Positions 1 through 11,675 of a stretch of DNA of 64,000 nucleotides are shown here, piece by piece. The notes under the pieces were generated by a model. It saw only the letters and a list, made by a program, of their open reading frames with translations, did no database searches and was not told where the DNA came from. Both the position numbers and the translations under genes were made by a program. The DNA comes from Macrostomum lignano. Lineage: Eukaryota. The stretch is from NCBI GenBank assembly GCA_002269645.1, contig NIVC01001980.1:77879-141878 (forward strand), given 5' to 3'. Numbering within the stretch: the first letter of the stretch is position 1; each line of letters starts with the position of its first letter.

Positions 1-912
1 CGCTGCTTGCCCAGTCACCGACTCGCATGATTGAATCGATGGGGATGCCGGCCTCCGCCGCGGATGTAGCGCCACCTCGACGCAACGAGTGCCCAGAGAA
101 CCTGGCTGGCTCGGCGAACCCGGCCTGTCGAAGTGCCGCGGACAGGCGCCTCGCGAAGGTGCGCGCGGTGAGCGGTGCGGTGGACCGTCTGGTTCGGGTA
201 CTGAACAAGTGATGCTGGGCGTCCTGCGGTCGGTTAATGCGCAGCTGCTTCTGGAGCGCGGTGACCGGGCAGAGTGGATGTCCGTCTGGGAGCTGCGGCA
301 AGAAAACTCGGTGCTGGCGCGCCCCGAACTGGTTGGTCTTCGACCTCGGAATGACGAGGATGACGCCCGCCCTTGACGGCCGGATGCAGCTCGCACTGAG
401 GTCTCGCTGCGGATCGAACCGGCCGGATACGCACAGGTTGGCTCGCCGTAGCATGGCCCACCAGCCCACGATGCAGGCGCACCAGAATGCGCAGTCCCTG
501 GGCTCTTCAGGTCGCAGCACGCCGTGCAGCCGCTGCAGGTCGGCCGGCCGCAACGCTCGTTTGCTCCTTGGGGCGGCGCCGAGGAGCCGGCGGGCGCCGC
601 GCAGGGCAAGCTGAACCAGTGGCTGCCTCGTCGGGTCAGCCACGCTGTTTGATTTGTAGAGCCAAGACACGGCGGCGAGGTGGCAGGATAGGCTGCTGAC
701 TGAGAACAGCCGGTTGTTCGCCAGCTCCGCCAGGTAGTTGCACACGTCGGCGGGCTGCGCTGACAGCGGTTGAAGTCTGTGGGCGGCGCAGAATCGCATC
801 CAGGACGCGCACTGGCTGGCGTAGGCGGAGCGAGTTGAGCTGGCGAAGCCTTGGCTGAGCAGTCGACGTGCCGGTGCGGAGAGGCCGGGACCCGGGACCA
901 CAGGAGGCGGAC
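1..912 (-). CDS. Tyrosine recombinase ORF3 (partial, continues past the left edge)
   Basis: GFASSTRSAY..WMRFC, GWWAMLRRANL, RSKTNQFG, LCPVTAL, FSGHSLRRGGAT, IMRVGDWASS. Frame open from 1027; first ATG only at 799. Confidence 0.92.
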
Positions 913-2640
913 CTGAAACAGAAGGTGGGAGGCAGCGGCAGAGCTCAAGCAAGCGGAGGCAAGCAAGCTGGTTGGCACATAGCAGGTGCCATAGAAGCGA
1001 AACAGAAAGTTGGCAAGCTGGCTGGGGTCATGCGCTCTGGACAGCGGGTCTGCGAGCAGCTGGAAGCGGCCAGGCACATGGTGCGCGCGGACGATGATGT
1101 CGCGTTGAATGCAGGTCAGGGCGACGCGCTTCTGCAGGTCGGCAATACCTTGGTGCTTGGCGGAACCCGAGTTAATGATGCCGCAGGCGGCGGTGCTGTC
1201 AGTGTAGACTGCAACCGAGCAGCCGCTGAAGGCTTCTTGGTGCTGCAGAATCGCAACCAGCGGGGCGGCGCACTCCTTGAGGTTGATGTGCAGCTCCTTG
1301 AACGCGCCATCACAGTCGGACTGCCAGTCGATGTAGAGCCAAACCGGTTCTCTGTCGACGAAATGCAGCACAGCACCGCCTCCAATGTCACAGGCGTCAG
1401 ACTCAATCGCTCCAGCCGGCCGACGCGAGGGCCAGGCAGCTCTAGGCGGCAGCGTGCTCAACGCGGTCATCCACCACCTCAGCTGCGACTGGAGCTCCTC
1501 CGTGACGCCGACCCTGTCGGACGGATGCGCCAGGCTGTTGACCAGCTCGATCAGCGGCCGCAGGAAAGTTCGCCCGTGCTGGGCGGCAGTGCACAAGTGG
1601 CTGAGGTGCCCGAGCAGCTTCTGCAGTTCCGCCTTGCACAGGCTCCTCCGCGAGAGGCAGGTGTCAAGGAGAAGCTGAAGCTTTTCGGCTTTGTCGGCTG
1701 GGAAGGAAAGACTGGCTTGCACGGTGTCGATGTCAATGCCGAGGAATCGCAGCTTTGTCGTCGGCGGCACCGACTTTTTCTCGTTGATGGTGAAGCCAAG
1801 CCTGGTGAGCAGGTTGCGCAGCTCGTGGTAGGCCCTGTCACACTCGGCTTTCGTCCTGGCCATGACGAGGAAGTCATCGATGAAAACGACGGTTGCCAGG
1901 AACCCCTTGCGACACATCATTCGCCGGGCCGCTTGCGTGAGGCGATGGAAAATGCTGACGGAGGCTCTGCTGCCGAATGGTAACCGCGTATCCACCAGGA
2001 AGGTTGAGCAGCCATTGCCGAAGTCCCAGTGGATGCCGGTGGCTTGGTAGCACTGCGGAGAAATTGGCACGCTGCGGTAGGCTGACGCGATGTCCACCTT
2101 TGCCATAAACCAGCCGGGCTGCATCATCCTGACGGCCTCGTCGACGGAGGTGAAGCGGAGACGCCGTTGTTGGGCATAGTGATCGTTCAGGCTGCAGCCG
2201 CGAGGGACGGAGCAATCATGGATTAGCCGGATGCCGGAGCTGTCTTTCGGAATGGCTCCCAGCGGACAGACCATCGCAGGCTTGTCCACGACTGGGACGT
2301 ACCTCCCGAGCCGGATTTCTTCACCGATAACAGCTTGGACTTGGTCGCGATTCCGGTTGACGGACTGGTAGTTGCTGCAGAGACACGGCGTAAAGTCGAA
2401 GTCATCGACAATGGAGAAGCCGCTCTCGATGCCGTCGAGAATAAAATCAGCGTCGGGGTCGCCCACAAGCTCGGAGCGCCAGGCGTCGATGCAGAGATCG
2501 CCCACTGGCTGCGTCAGATCGGACATCCGCACTGGAGGCTTGACGATGCAGGGCACGGGAGCGGGCTGAGCGAGGCAGTTAAAAGCAGGAGGGGTAAAAT
2601 CGGTTTCGCGCGCCGTGTCGGCGCGCTTGCTCAGTTTTTT
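1..2640 (-). CDS. Pol ORF2 (reverse transcriptase plus RNase H), -1 frame relative to gag; missing from the ORF track because it runs off the window
   Basis: Manual translation: ILDGIESGF, PLGAIPK..IRLIHDCS, AKVDIASAYR, RLPFGS, VFIDDFLV (about 1870-1885), LRFLGIDID, SDACDIGGG, LHINLKE, YTDS, LADPLSR. No in-frame stop from 2667 to 1. Confidence 0.93.
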
Positions 2641-3647
2641 GCGTGATTTTGCTCGGAGTGGCTGCCCTCACAGATTCGGCAGGCATGGAGGAATCGGCAG
2701 TTGCTCCTCATGCAGCCGTTGGTGCTGTTGAAGGACAAGCACAGCTCGCGGCCTGAGGATGTCCGCGGACCCATGACGCGGCTCTTGTTGCTAGGCTGGT
2801 TTCGCTTGGCTGTCTGATTGTACTGGTCCGTCTTAATGCTGAGCAGGTGCCTGATCGACATCTGGGCGCAGTCTTTGCCCCAGCGAAGGCTGTTGGCTGC
2901 GCGGTGCTGGCGGTAGTCATGGTCGAATCTGATCACCCGGTGCGCTGGGAATCTGTCGAATAGCTCGGCCACCTGGACATTGTACTGGGCGTAATCTTTG
3001 ACTTGCTCAGTTGTGCTGTACACTTGGCCCTTGCTGGTCAGCTGCGGCGCTGTGTCTTCAAGTATCTGAAGCAGGACCTTCATACTGCCGGCGAACCACT
3101 GCCCAATTGTCATGCCGTCCAGCTTGGTCGTCGACTTCTTGAGCACGAGGCCGCCAGAGCTGCCCCTGGTGAGCAGCTCGTCAGCCTGGCCTGACAGATC
3201 ATCGACAAAGTCTCTGACGAGTAGACACGGCTGCCCGACCGGCCGGGGGTTGGCTCTAGCGCTGACGGGGCCTGTTGGGTTGATAAGTTCAGCGAAAAGA
3301 TTCTGCTGCTCACCTGATTCTGTACGAGCAGTCACGACGGCGCGTTCACGAAGCTCTCGTTCGCGTGTTTGAAGCTCTAGGAGCTGCAGCCGTTTCTGCG
3401 CCCGCCGAATCTCGCCGTCCAGGTCCGCCTCCCGTGGGTCCCGGCCTTGGTCTTGGAGCTCCTCCTGCGCACAGGGCGATGCCGATGCCGATGTCAATGC
3501 CGATGTCCCGCCGTCTTGAAGCTGTGACTGCCCCTCGTGTTGTCTCAGTCTGGCTTGCAAGGCCGACTTATTGCCTGCGGTTGAGAGGCCTCGGCTACCC
3601 AGCTCACTCTTGAGTTGTTTGACTGTTAGTCGGTCCACACGATGCAT
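2631..3647 (-). CDS. Gag-like ORF1 (338 aa from ATG 3647): N-terminal SAP domain, coiled coil, C-terminal CCCH plus CCHH zinc-finger-like motifs
   Basis: RLTVKQLKSELGSRGLSTAGNKSALQARL fits the SAP consensus. C-terminus CLSFNSTNGCMRSNCRFLHACRICEGSHSEQNH. The ORF track start at 3821 lies in the terminal repeat. Confidence 0.85.
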   Translation of the reverse strand: MHRVDRLTVKQLKSELGSRGLSTAGNKSALQARLRQHEGQSQLQDGGTSALTSASASPCAQEELQDQGRDPREADLDGEIRRAQKRLQLLELQTRERELRERAVVTARTESGEQQNLFAELINPTGPVSARANPRPVGQPCLLVRDFVDDLSGQADELLTRGSSGGLVLKKSTTKLDGMTIGQWFAGSMKVLLQILEDTAPQLTSKGQVYSTTEQVKDYAQYNVQVAELFDRFPAHRVIRFDHDYRQHRAANSLRWGKDCAQMSIRHLLSIKTDQYNQTAKRNQPSNKSRVMGPRTSSGRELCLSFNSTNGCMRSNCRFLHACRICEGSHSEQNHAKN

Positions 3648-3934
3648 GATAGCCAGAGCCAGATAGTCGCAAAAAAATTTTACGAGCCAAAGCGCTCTCG
3701 CAGCGCGCACGAGAGAGCGTGAGCGCACAAATAAAAGGGGGCCGACGCCGCCCACCCCCAACCCAACACCCCCGCCTGCCGGCCGGCACCCAGCACCCCA
3801 CCTTGCGGCAGGGATGCACACGCGCGGGCCGCACGCACAGACGGGCGGAGGGAGCGGCCCCGTCGGCTAAACACGATTACAGAGCAGGTTAAAACCGGCC
3901 CCTGAAATCGCAACCTTTAGTAATACTTTTTCAG

Positions 3935-5651
3935 GTGGCTTTGGCTGTTGTTTACAATCCGATTCTTGATGAGATGTATCATGCTGAGCTTGGCAAAGGT
4001 GCATTCCTCAATGGTGCCAAGCTTTCTGTCAGTGATGCTCAAAGTAAGCAGCTTATTGCTTTATACTTTGTGTACTAATTTACGAGTATAAAGATATTTT
4101 TATTAACATAAAGATAAAGGCATTGCTTATTTGTCTATGTTGAATTTTGAAATTAAACTAGTAGACAATTTTCTTGGCAAAAAGCAATTCATATTCAGTT
4201 GAGTTGAACTCGTTATCAGCCTGATACGCTAAAGTCTTTGTTCAATAGTCCTAAAATTGATTTGCTACATTTTACTGAATGCTTTGTGTGCTGGAGTTGG
4301 TCCAAATAATGAAGGAATCATTTCTGTTTTTTAATTAATACTGCACACTGTTTGCACAAATTTTAAAAGTCAAAAGTTATTTTAAGCAAAATTTCCTGTT
4401 TTTGCTTGCTTAGATCTCTCCAGCTCGATTCTGTGCTCCGAGTGGGGCTCCCAGCGGGATGCCACGATGGACACAAAGGTGCGCAACATGCACAAAGCCG
4501 TGCTGGCCTCTCGGGGCATTCGATCCATCGGGTCTGCCGCCCTGTCCTGCTGCATGGTGGCCCGCGGCTCGGTGGAGTCATACTTCGAGTACGGCATTCA
4601 CTGCTGGGATGTGGCAGCTGGCGAGCTCATCGTGCGAGAGGCTGGCGGCGTGTCCGCCTCGCCAGACGGTGAGAATTTTGCTAAAGTTTTTTTTCTAAAT
4701 CTATTTGTCTTGCAGATTTCAAAACTGCACAAGCCTTGCGAGTGAATGCTTGATGATAGCGTTTGGTGACTTGGTAATTCGCGGCATATATTTGGTTTGG
4801 TTAAATTTAACTAGAATAGCAAATGTAACTGAATTATATAAAACGAATGGGGGCCAATAGGCTAATTAAGGTCAATTATAATGAGCCATTGCATGATTAA
4901 TGACTTATCTGGCTGAATAGCCCGATGGTGTTTAAAGAATTTTTGTAGTTGAATATTTATAGTGTATCAATTAAGCCAGCATATGTAATTAGACGATTTC
5001 AAATATTGTCAGCAGAGGCTGGGGCGTGGCTGCAGACTGGCTACGGCGCTGAGATTCAGAAATCCTCACCCGGAATCTCTACCCCCCCCCCCGATACGTT
5101 CACTCTGGCTCCAACTTTATACATAGCCTCGGGAAATGCGCATATGCACTCGTATTGCACACAGACTGGGTTTATCAGCTTGTAGAACTTTTTCTATTAG
5201 GCGCATAAATTATCCTAATCCGGCTGCTGGCAGACACGAGCCTGCAGTTGCGGAGTAGTGGCCGATCCATTTTCTGGCTGTCTGGGGAATTGGGCTGCCA
5301 ATAGCCAGGTCTCATCTCGTCCGTGTTGGAATTTTTTTCGAGGACTAAAAAACAGACAAAAATCGCTCCAGTTCTACTAATCCTCTTTAAATACGCCTAA
5401 TCCGCACTGCAGAATATAGATTTAGACTACTATTGGCCAACGTTACATGTTGGGGAGAGCAGTAGTATCAATGGGACAATGTCAATATTTTATGAAATCG
5501 ATTTCGAAACAATGTCGCCCCTCCATCTGGGATAATTTTTGCAGGTAGCCCATTCGACCTGATGTCGCGTAGCGTTCTGGTCTCCTGCTGCCGACAGGTA
5601 TTGGACGAGACCAGCGCCTGCATTGAGCGCATTCCGTTTGATCGCGAGTGA
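3935..5651 (+). CDS. IMPA1: Inositol monophosphatase, last three coding exons: 3935-4043, 4414-4668, 5545-5651
   Basis: VVYNPILDEMYHAELGKGAFLNG; RSIGSAALSCCMVARG..YFEYGIHCWDVAAGELIVREAGG; GSPFDLMSR..TGA. GT-AG junctions with consistent phases. Paralog assignment is tentative. Confidence 0.93.
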
Positions 5652-5791
5652 CTCTAAGGAAATCGTTTATGGCCCATTTATGACTATGATGTGAGAGAAT
5701 AGGCCTGTTGCTTTTAGCTATTTTTAGTTCACCGTGTCCATATTGATTCTATTTAGTACACCAATAAGCTGTCTATTACACCATGATTCTA

Positions 5792-6463
5792 ACGGGTGTC
5801 CCAAAAGGGGGGTGGCACTTTGTGCGCTCACCGTGAGTGAGCAGTTGGGCCTATAGCACAGTAATTTAACAGGTCCACAGTAAACATTTGTAAGTTTTTC
5901 CCACAAACATTTGGTTGCGAAAAATTGCTCCAGAGGCGAGTTATTGAGCACAGAAGTGTACGCTAGCTTTTCTGCCAAGCTTTGCCATACACAGCTGCCA
6001 TAGACAATCTTTTGCTTTAAAAAATCTTAAGGAGCATAGACTCTGAGACGGTGTGTGGTCAAATACCAGTTTATTTGAAAAATCGTTATTGATTTTTTGA
6101 GCTTGTAAGTGTACGCTAGCTTCTCTGCTAAGCTTTGCCATAGACGGAGGCCATAGACAATCTTTTGCGTAAGAAAAATGACAGAGCATGCAAAGACTCT
6201 GAGACTGATCTAACGTTAAAATTTCTTAAATTTCTTATACGTTAAGATTGTCTATGGCAGCTGTGTATGGCAAAGCTTGGCAGAAAAGCTAGCGTACATT
6301 TCTGTGCTCAATAACTCGCCTCTGGAGAAATTTTTCGCAACCAAATGTTTGTGGGAAAAACTTACAAATGTTTACTGTGGACCTGTTAAATTACTGTGCT
6401 ATAGGCCTAACTGCTCACTCACAGTGAGCGCGCGGGGTGTTGCCCTTTTTTTGGGACACCCGT
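5792..6463. mobile_element. MITE with about 220-bp terminal inverted repeats and TA flanks (Tc1/mariner-like)
   Basis: TA|ACGGGTGTCCCAAAA ... TTTTGGGACACCCGT|TA. Arms about 5792-6012 and 6243-6463 are reverse complements. Confidence 0.8.
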
Positions 6464-6466
6464 TAT

Positions 6467-6762
6467 TTAGTACACCAATATGCTGTCTAGTACACCAATA
6501 TGCTGTCTAGTACACCATACGCTGTCTAGTACACCAATATGCTGTCTAGTACACCAATATGCTGTCTAGTACACCAATATGCTGTCTAGTACACCAATAT
6601 GCTGTCTAGTACACCATGACGCTGTCTATAGTACACCATGACGCTGTTTAGTATACCATGACACTGTCTAGTACACCATGACGCTGTCTAGTACACCATG
6701 ACGCTGTCTAGCACACCATGACACTGTCTAGTACACCATGACACTGTCTAGTACACCATGAC
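6467..6762. repeat. About 20-bp minisatellite (TAGTACACCAATATGCTGTC)n
   Basis: Direct reading. Confidence 0.9.
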
Positions 6763-8228
6763 CCAGCTTTAACTTAATAACTCTGTGAAAGTCAATATCA
6801 GCCCATCATATACAGACTCAGCTGTATGTCCTTTATGTCTAAAACTATCTGTGTTGTTACTTTCGTTGTGAAGCAACAAACTTTTTATTTCTATTATTAG
6901 CGGTAGAAATTATATAATAATTGAATAAGATTAATTTAATAATATCATTGATTTGATTTCAAATGAATACCTACGTAACGCTTTGATTAAACTATTTTAT
7001 TGCCACTACTTTACTCTGGTTGTCACGTTGTAGTCTGTGCTAATTGTTAATTGAATAATTACGGTCGCAGTATTCTTTATTATTGTCTAGGTTGCATGCA
7101 TAATCTATTGTGTTTAGTGAACTCTCCTTATCAACTAGTTTTTAGTTTAATAGTCTACTTGTGTCAAAGCTGGTTTTGTAGTTGAAATTCGTATGGATAA
7201 TTTTTACCCTGATAAGACCGCTATTTAAATATACAAAAACTGCTATGCTTAGCTGTGGTTACTAACGGGTAGTTACTATCGTAATTGTCTGACTTAATTT
7301 TTACGAGAATCAAAAAACTGTTTTTTAAAACAAACCGAAACTTTCCGCTGCTATTGAGTTGCGCAATGTCCTACTGTCAGTAGGCTATATATCAGTGCTG
7401 TAACCAAGGCCCACAAGCTAATACTCAGCTGATACACATGTAGTACATAAAAATTATGAAGATTTATTTGAAACCCCAACTTTCCAAATTGCTTTCAAAA
7501 GCAGCAAACTAAAAAGCAAATTACAGGTGTCATATGCTTTCTACGTATTCTTATACCTTTTAATACATTTGCTTGACAATTTTTAACTTTAGTTGGTTCA
7601 AAATTCTCGTTACTTTAAAAAAATCGAGATGAAAGTTAATTTTGGCAGTGAAAACTACCACAAGTATATTGGTCTCTTTTGCTATTTTTCATTCCGGAAA
7701 AAACTGAGTAATATTGACAAGATAAGCAGAACCGTCTGAACCCTAGTAGAAAAAGGAAAAAACGATTTTCAAAAATTCGAACCAGGAAAGTAAAAATTAA
7801 ACGATTGTGTTAGTTTATAGTAAATCAACGACAATTGTTAAAAAATTTAAAACTCATTAAAAACTTAGAAACTCTGTATTTGTTAAAACAATTGTTTAAA
7901 AATGTAAATTCTTATAAATTGTTATAAATTTACAATTGATAAACACTGATTTATTAAAAAATATTGTTCAGACTTGCAGATCGATACACCAACTTCACAT
8001 ACATTGAAGTTCAGACGCAGAAAAACTTCAAATCTATTTGGCGTATGCTGAAGAGTTCAATTAAATTTGCATAATCTCGAACTGTCACTACGTCCTCTTA
8101 CTATAGAATAGCTACACGTGTGCTTAATGCAAGTGTGCACGATCTTCACCCAGTGCTACGTTTGCAGCGTTGGGCAAGCGGAAATGATGTCTGCGAGGGC
8201 ACCGGGACAAATATTAGAAAGTTTGTTT

Positions 8229-8231
<3 letters not shown>

Positions 8232-8267
<36 letters not shown>
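8232..8267. repeat. (CA)n microsatellite
   Basis: Direct reading. Confidence 0.95.
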
Positions 8268-8271
<4 letters not shown>

Positions 8272-8734
8272 GCGCTCATAAGCCGACACGTGGACTGTGG
8301 GAGACTGTCCCAGTCAACCCTAAACTTATTCATCTTGTCAACATCTCGTTTCTTTCTCAACTTGTTTCACTATATCCATTCATCGTTCTTACAAATTTGC
8401 TAACTTTTATGATGAAGAGGATCGGCACACAGCGACCGCGGGGCACTGGACTCAATGAGTGTGCACACAAAAATTGCATGCGAGACGTTGTGTCTGATTT
8501 TTTTCTGACAAGCAAAACGCTTCATGTGTGCATTTTATGCTTTTTTGTAAATGAATGCAGTGCATTGCCTTGATAGGAAAAGTTAGCAACAACTAAACAT
8601 CCACCTTTAACTCACGGAGTCACGTGGCATAGAAGTTGAGCATTGCGATTCAATAAACAAGCGAAGGTAAAAAGAGTTTCGTCCTAACATGAGGGGCTTA
8701 TAGCTCTGATTTGCAGGCGTCGCTTCATTTGATT

Positions 8735-11675
8735 AGGCGCCATTTCAGTTGAGTAGGCGCCATTTCAGTTGAGTAGGCGCCATTTCAGTTGAGTAGGCGC
8801 CATTTTAGTTGAGTAGGTGCCACTTCAGTTGAGTAGGCGCCATTTCAGTTGAGTAGGCGCCATTTCAGTTGAGTAGGCGCCATTTTAGTTGAGTAGGTGC
8901 CACTTCAGTTGAGTAGGCGCCACTTCAGTTGAGTAGGCGCCATTTCAGTTGAGTAGGCGCCATTTCAGTTGAGTAGGCGCCATTTCAGTTGAGTAGGCGC
9001 CATTTCAGTTGAGTAGGCGCCATTTCAGTTGAGTAGGCGCCATTTCAGTTGAGTAGGCGCCATTTCAGTTGAGTAGGCGCCATTTCAGTTGATTAGGCGC
9101 CATTTCAGTTGAGTAGGCGCCATTTAATTTGAGTAGGCGCCACTTCAGTTGAGTAGGCGCCATTTCAGTTGAGTAGGCGCCATTTCAGTTGAGTAGGCGC
9201 CATTTCAGTTGAGTAGGCGCCATTTCAGTTGAGTAGGCGCCATTTCAGTTGAGTAGGCGCCATTTCAGTTGAGTAGGCGCCATTTCAGTTGAGTAGGCGC
9301 CATTTCAGTTGAGTAGGCGCCATTTCAGTTGAGTAGGCGCCACTTCAGTTGAGTAGGCGCCATTTCAGTTGAGTAGGCGCCATTTCAGTTGAGTAGGCAC
9401 CATTTTAGTTGAGTAAACGCCATTTCAGTTGAGTAGGCGCCATTTCAGTTGAGTAGGCGCCATTTCAGTTGAGTAGGCGCCATTTAATTTGAGTAGGCGC
9501 CATTTCAGTTGAGTAGGCGCCACTTCAGTTGAGTAGGCGCCATTTCAGTTGAGTAGGCGCCATTTCAGTTGAGTAGGCGCCACTTCAGTTGAGTAAACGC
9601 CATTTCAGTTGAGTAGGCGCCATTTCAGTTGAGTAGGCGCCATTTCAGTTGAGTACGCGCCACTTCAGTTGAGTAGGCGCCATTTCAGTTGAGTAGGCGC
9701 CATTTCAGTTGAGTAGGCGCCATTTCAGTTGAGTAGGCGCCACTTCATTTGAGTAGGCACCATTTCAGTTGAGTAGTCGCCATTTAATTTGAGTAGGCGC
9801 CACTTCATTTGACTAGGCGCCATCTCATTTGAGTAGGCGCCATTTCAGTTGAGTAGGCACCATTTCAGTTGAGTAGGCGCCATTTCAGTTGAGTAGGCGC
9901 CATTTCAGTTGAGTAGACGCCACTTCAGTTGAGTAGGCGCCACTTCAGTTGAGTAGGCGCCATTTCAGTTGAGTAGGCGCCATTTCAGTTGAGTAGGCGC
10001 CACTTCAGTTGAGTAGGCGCCATTTCAGTTGAGTAGGCGCCATTTCATTTGATTGGGCGCCATTTCATTTGAGTAGGCGCGATTGCAGTTGAGTAGGCGC
10101 AATTTCAGTTGAGTAGGCGCAATTTCATTTGAGTAGGCGCCATTTAATTTGAGTAGGCACCATTTCAGTTGAGTAGGCGCCATTTCAGTTGAGTAGGCAC
10201 CATTTCATTTGAGTAGGCGCCATTTCAGTTGAGTAGGCGCCATTTCAGTTGAGTAGGCGCCATTTCAGTTGAGTAGGCGCCACTTCAGTTGAGTAGGCGC
10301 CATTTCAGTTGAGTAGGCGCCATTTCAGTTGAGTAGGCGCCATTTCAGTTGAGTAAACGCCATTTCAGTTGAGTAGGCGCCATTTCAGTTGAGTAGGCGC
10401 CATTTCAGTTGAGTAGGCGCAACTTCAGTTGAGTAGGCGCCATTTCAGTTGAGTAGGCGCCATTTCAGTTGAGTAGGCGCCACTTCAGTTGAGTAAACGC
10501 CATTTCAGTTGAGTAGGCGCCATTTCAGTTGAGTAGGCGCCACTTCAGTTGAGTAGGCGCCATTTCAGTTGAGTAGGCGCCATTTCAGTTGAGTAGGCGC
10601 CATTTCAGTTGAGTAAACGCCATTTTATTTGAGTAGGTGCCACTTCAGTTGAGTAGGCGCCATTTCAGTTGAGTAGGCGCCACTTCAGTTAAGTAGGCGC
10701 CACTTCAGTTGAGTAGGCGCCATTTCAGTTGAGTAGGCGCCATTTCAGTTGAGTAGGCGCCATTTCAGTTGAGTAGGCGCCATTTCAGTTGAGTAGGCGC
10801 CACTTCATTTGAGTAGGCGCCACTTCAGTTGAGTAGGCGCCACTTCAGTTGAGTAGGCGCCATTTTAGTTAAGTAAGCGCCATTTTAGTTGAGTAGGCGC
10901 CATTTCAGTTGAGTAGGCGCCATTTCAGTTGAGTAGGCACCATTTTAGTTAAGTAAGCGCCATTTCATTTGAGTAGGCGCCACTTCAGTTGAGTAGGCAC
11001 CATTTCATTTGAGTAGGCGTCACTTCAGTTGAGTAGGCGCCATTTCAGTTGAGTAGGCGCCACTTCAGTTGAGTAGGCGCCATTTCAGTTGACTAGGTGC
11101 TATTTAATTTGAGTAGGCGCCATTTCAGTTGAGTAGGCACCATTTTAGTTAAGTAAGCGCCATTTTAGTAGAGAAGGCACCATTTTAGTTGAGTAGGTGC
11201 CATTTAGTTGAGTAGGCGCCACTTCATTTGACTAGGTGCTATTTAATTTGAGTAGGCGCCATTTCAGTTGAGTAGGCACCATTTTAGTTAAGTAAGCGCC
11301 ATTTTAGTAGAGTAGGCACCATTTTAGTTGAGTAGGTGCCATTTAGTTGAGTAGGCGCCACTTCATTTGACTAGGTGCTATTTAATTTGAGTAGGCGCCA
11401 TTTCAGTTGAGTAGGCACCATTTTAGTTGAGTAGGCACCATTTCAGTTGAGTAGGCACCATTTTAGTTGAGTAGGCACCATTTTAGTTGAGTAAGCGCCA
11501 TTTTAGTTGAGTAGGCACCATTTTAGTTGAGTAGGTGCCATTTAGTTGAGTAGGCGCCACTTCATTTGACTAGGTGCTATTTAATTTGACTAGGCGCCAT
11601 TTCATTTGAGTAGGCGCCATTTCAGTTGAGTAGGCACCATTTTAGTTGAGTAAGCGCCATTTTAGTTGAGTAGGG
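8735..11675. repeat. 20-bp tandem satellite (GCGCCATTTCAGTTGAGTAG)n, roughly 145 copies
   Basis: Direct reading; more diverged at the right end. Confidence 0.97.

Larger units (their letters stand above)
1..3914 (-). mobile_element. Ngaro-type (DIRS-order) tyrosine-recombinase retrotransposon, apparently intact, 3' end beyond the left edge
   Basis: Minus-strand order gag, RT/RNase H, tyrosine recombinase. No methyltransferase domain seen between RNase H and YR. G-rich terminal segment about 3675-3914 ends in a T run. The 5' boundary is approximate. Confidence 0.9.

Noticed and set aside
868-1983. 371-aa plus-strand ORF
   Set aside because: Codon-aligned antisense shadow of the RT/RNase H frame, with no domain features
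8735-11675. Regular arrays as possible CRISPR loci (also 36108-40545, 22050-22402)
   Set aside because: Head-to-tail monomers with no unique spacers, no cas genes, eukaryotic context
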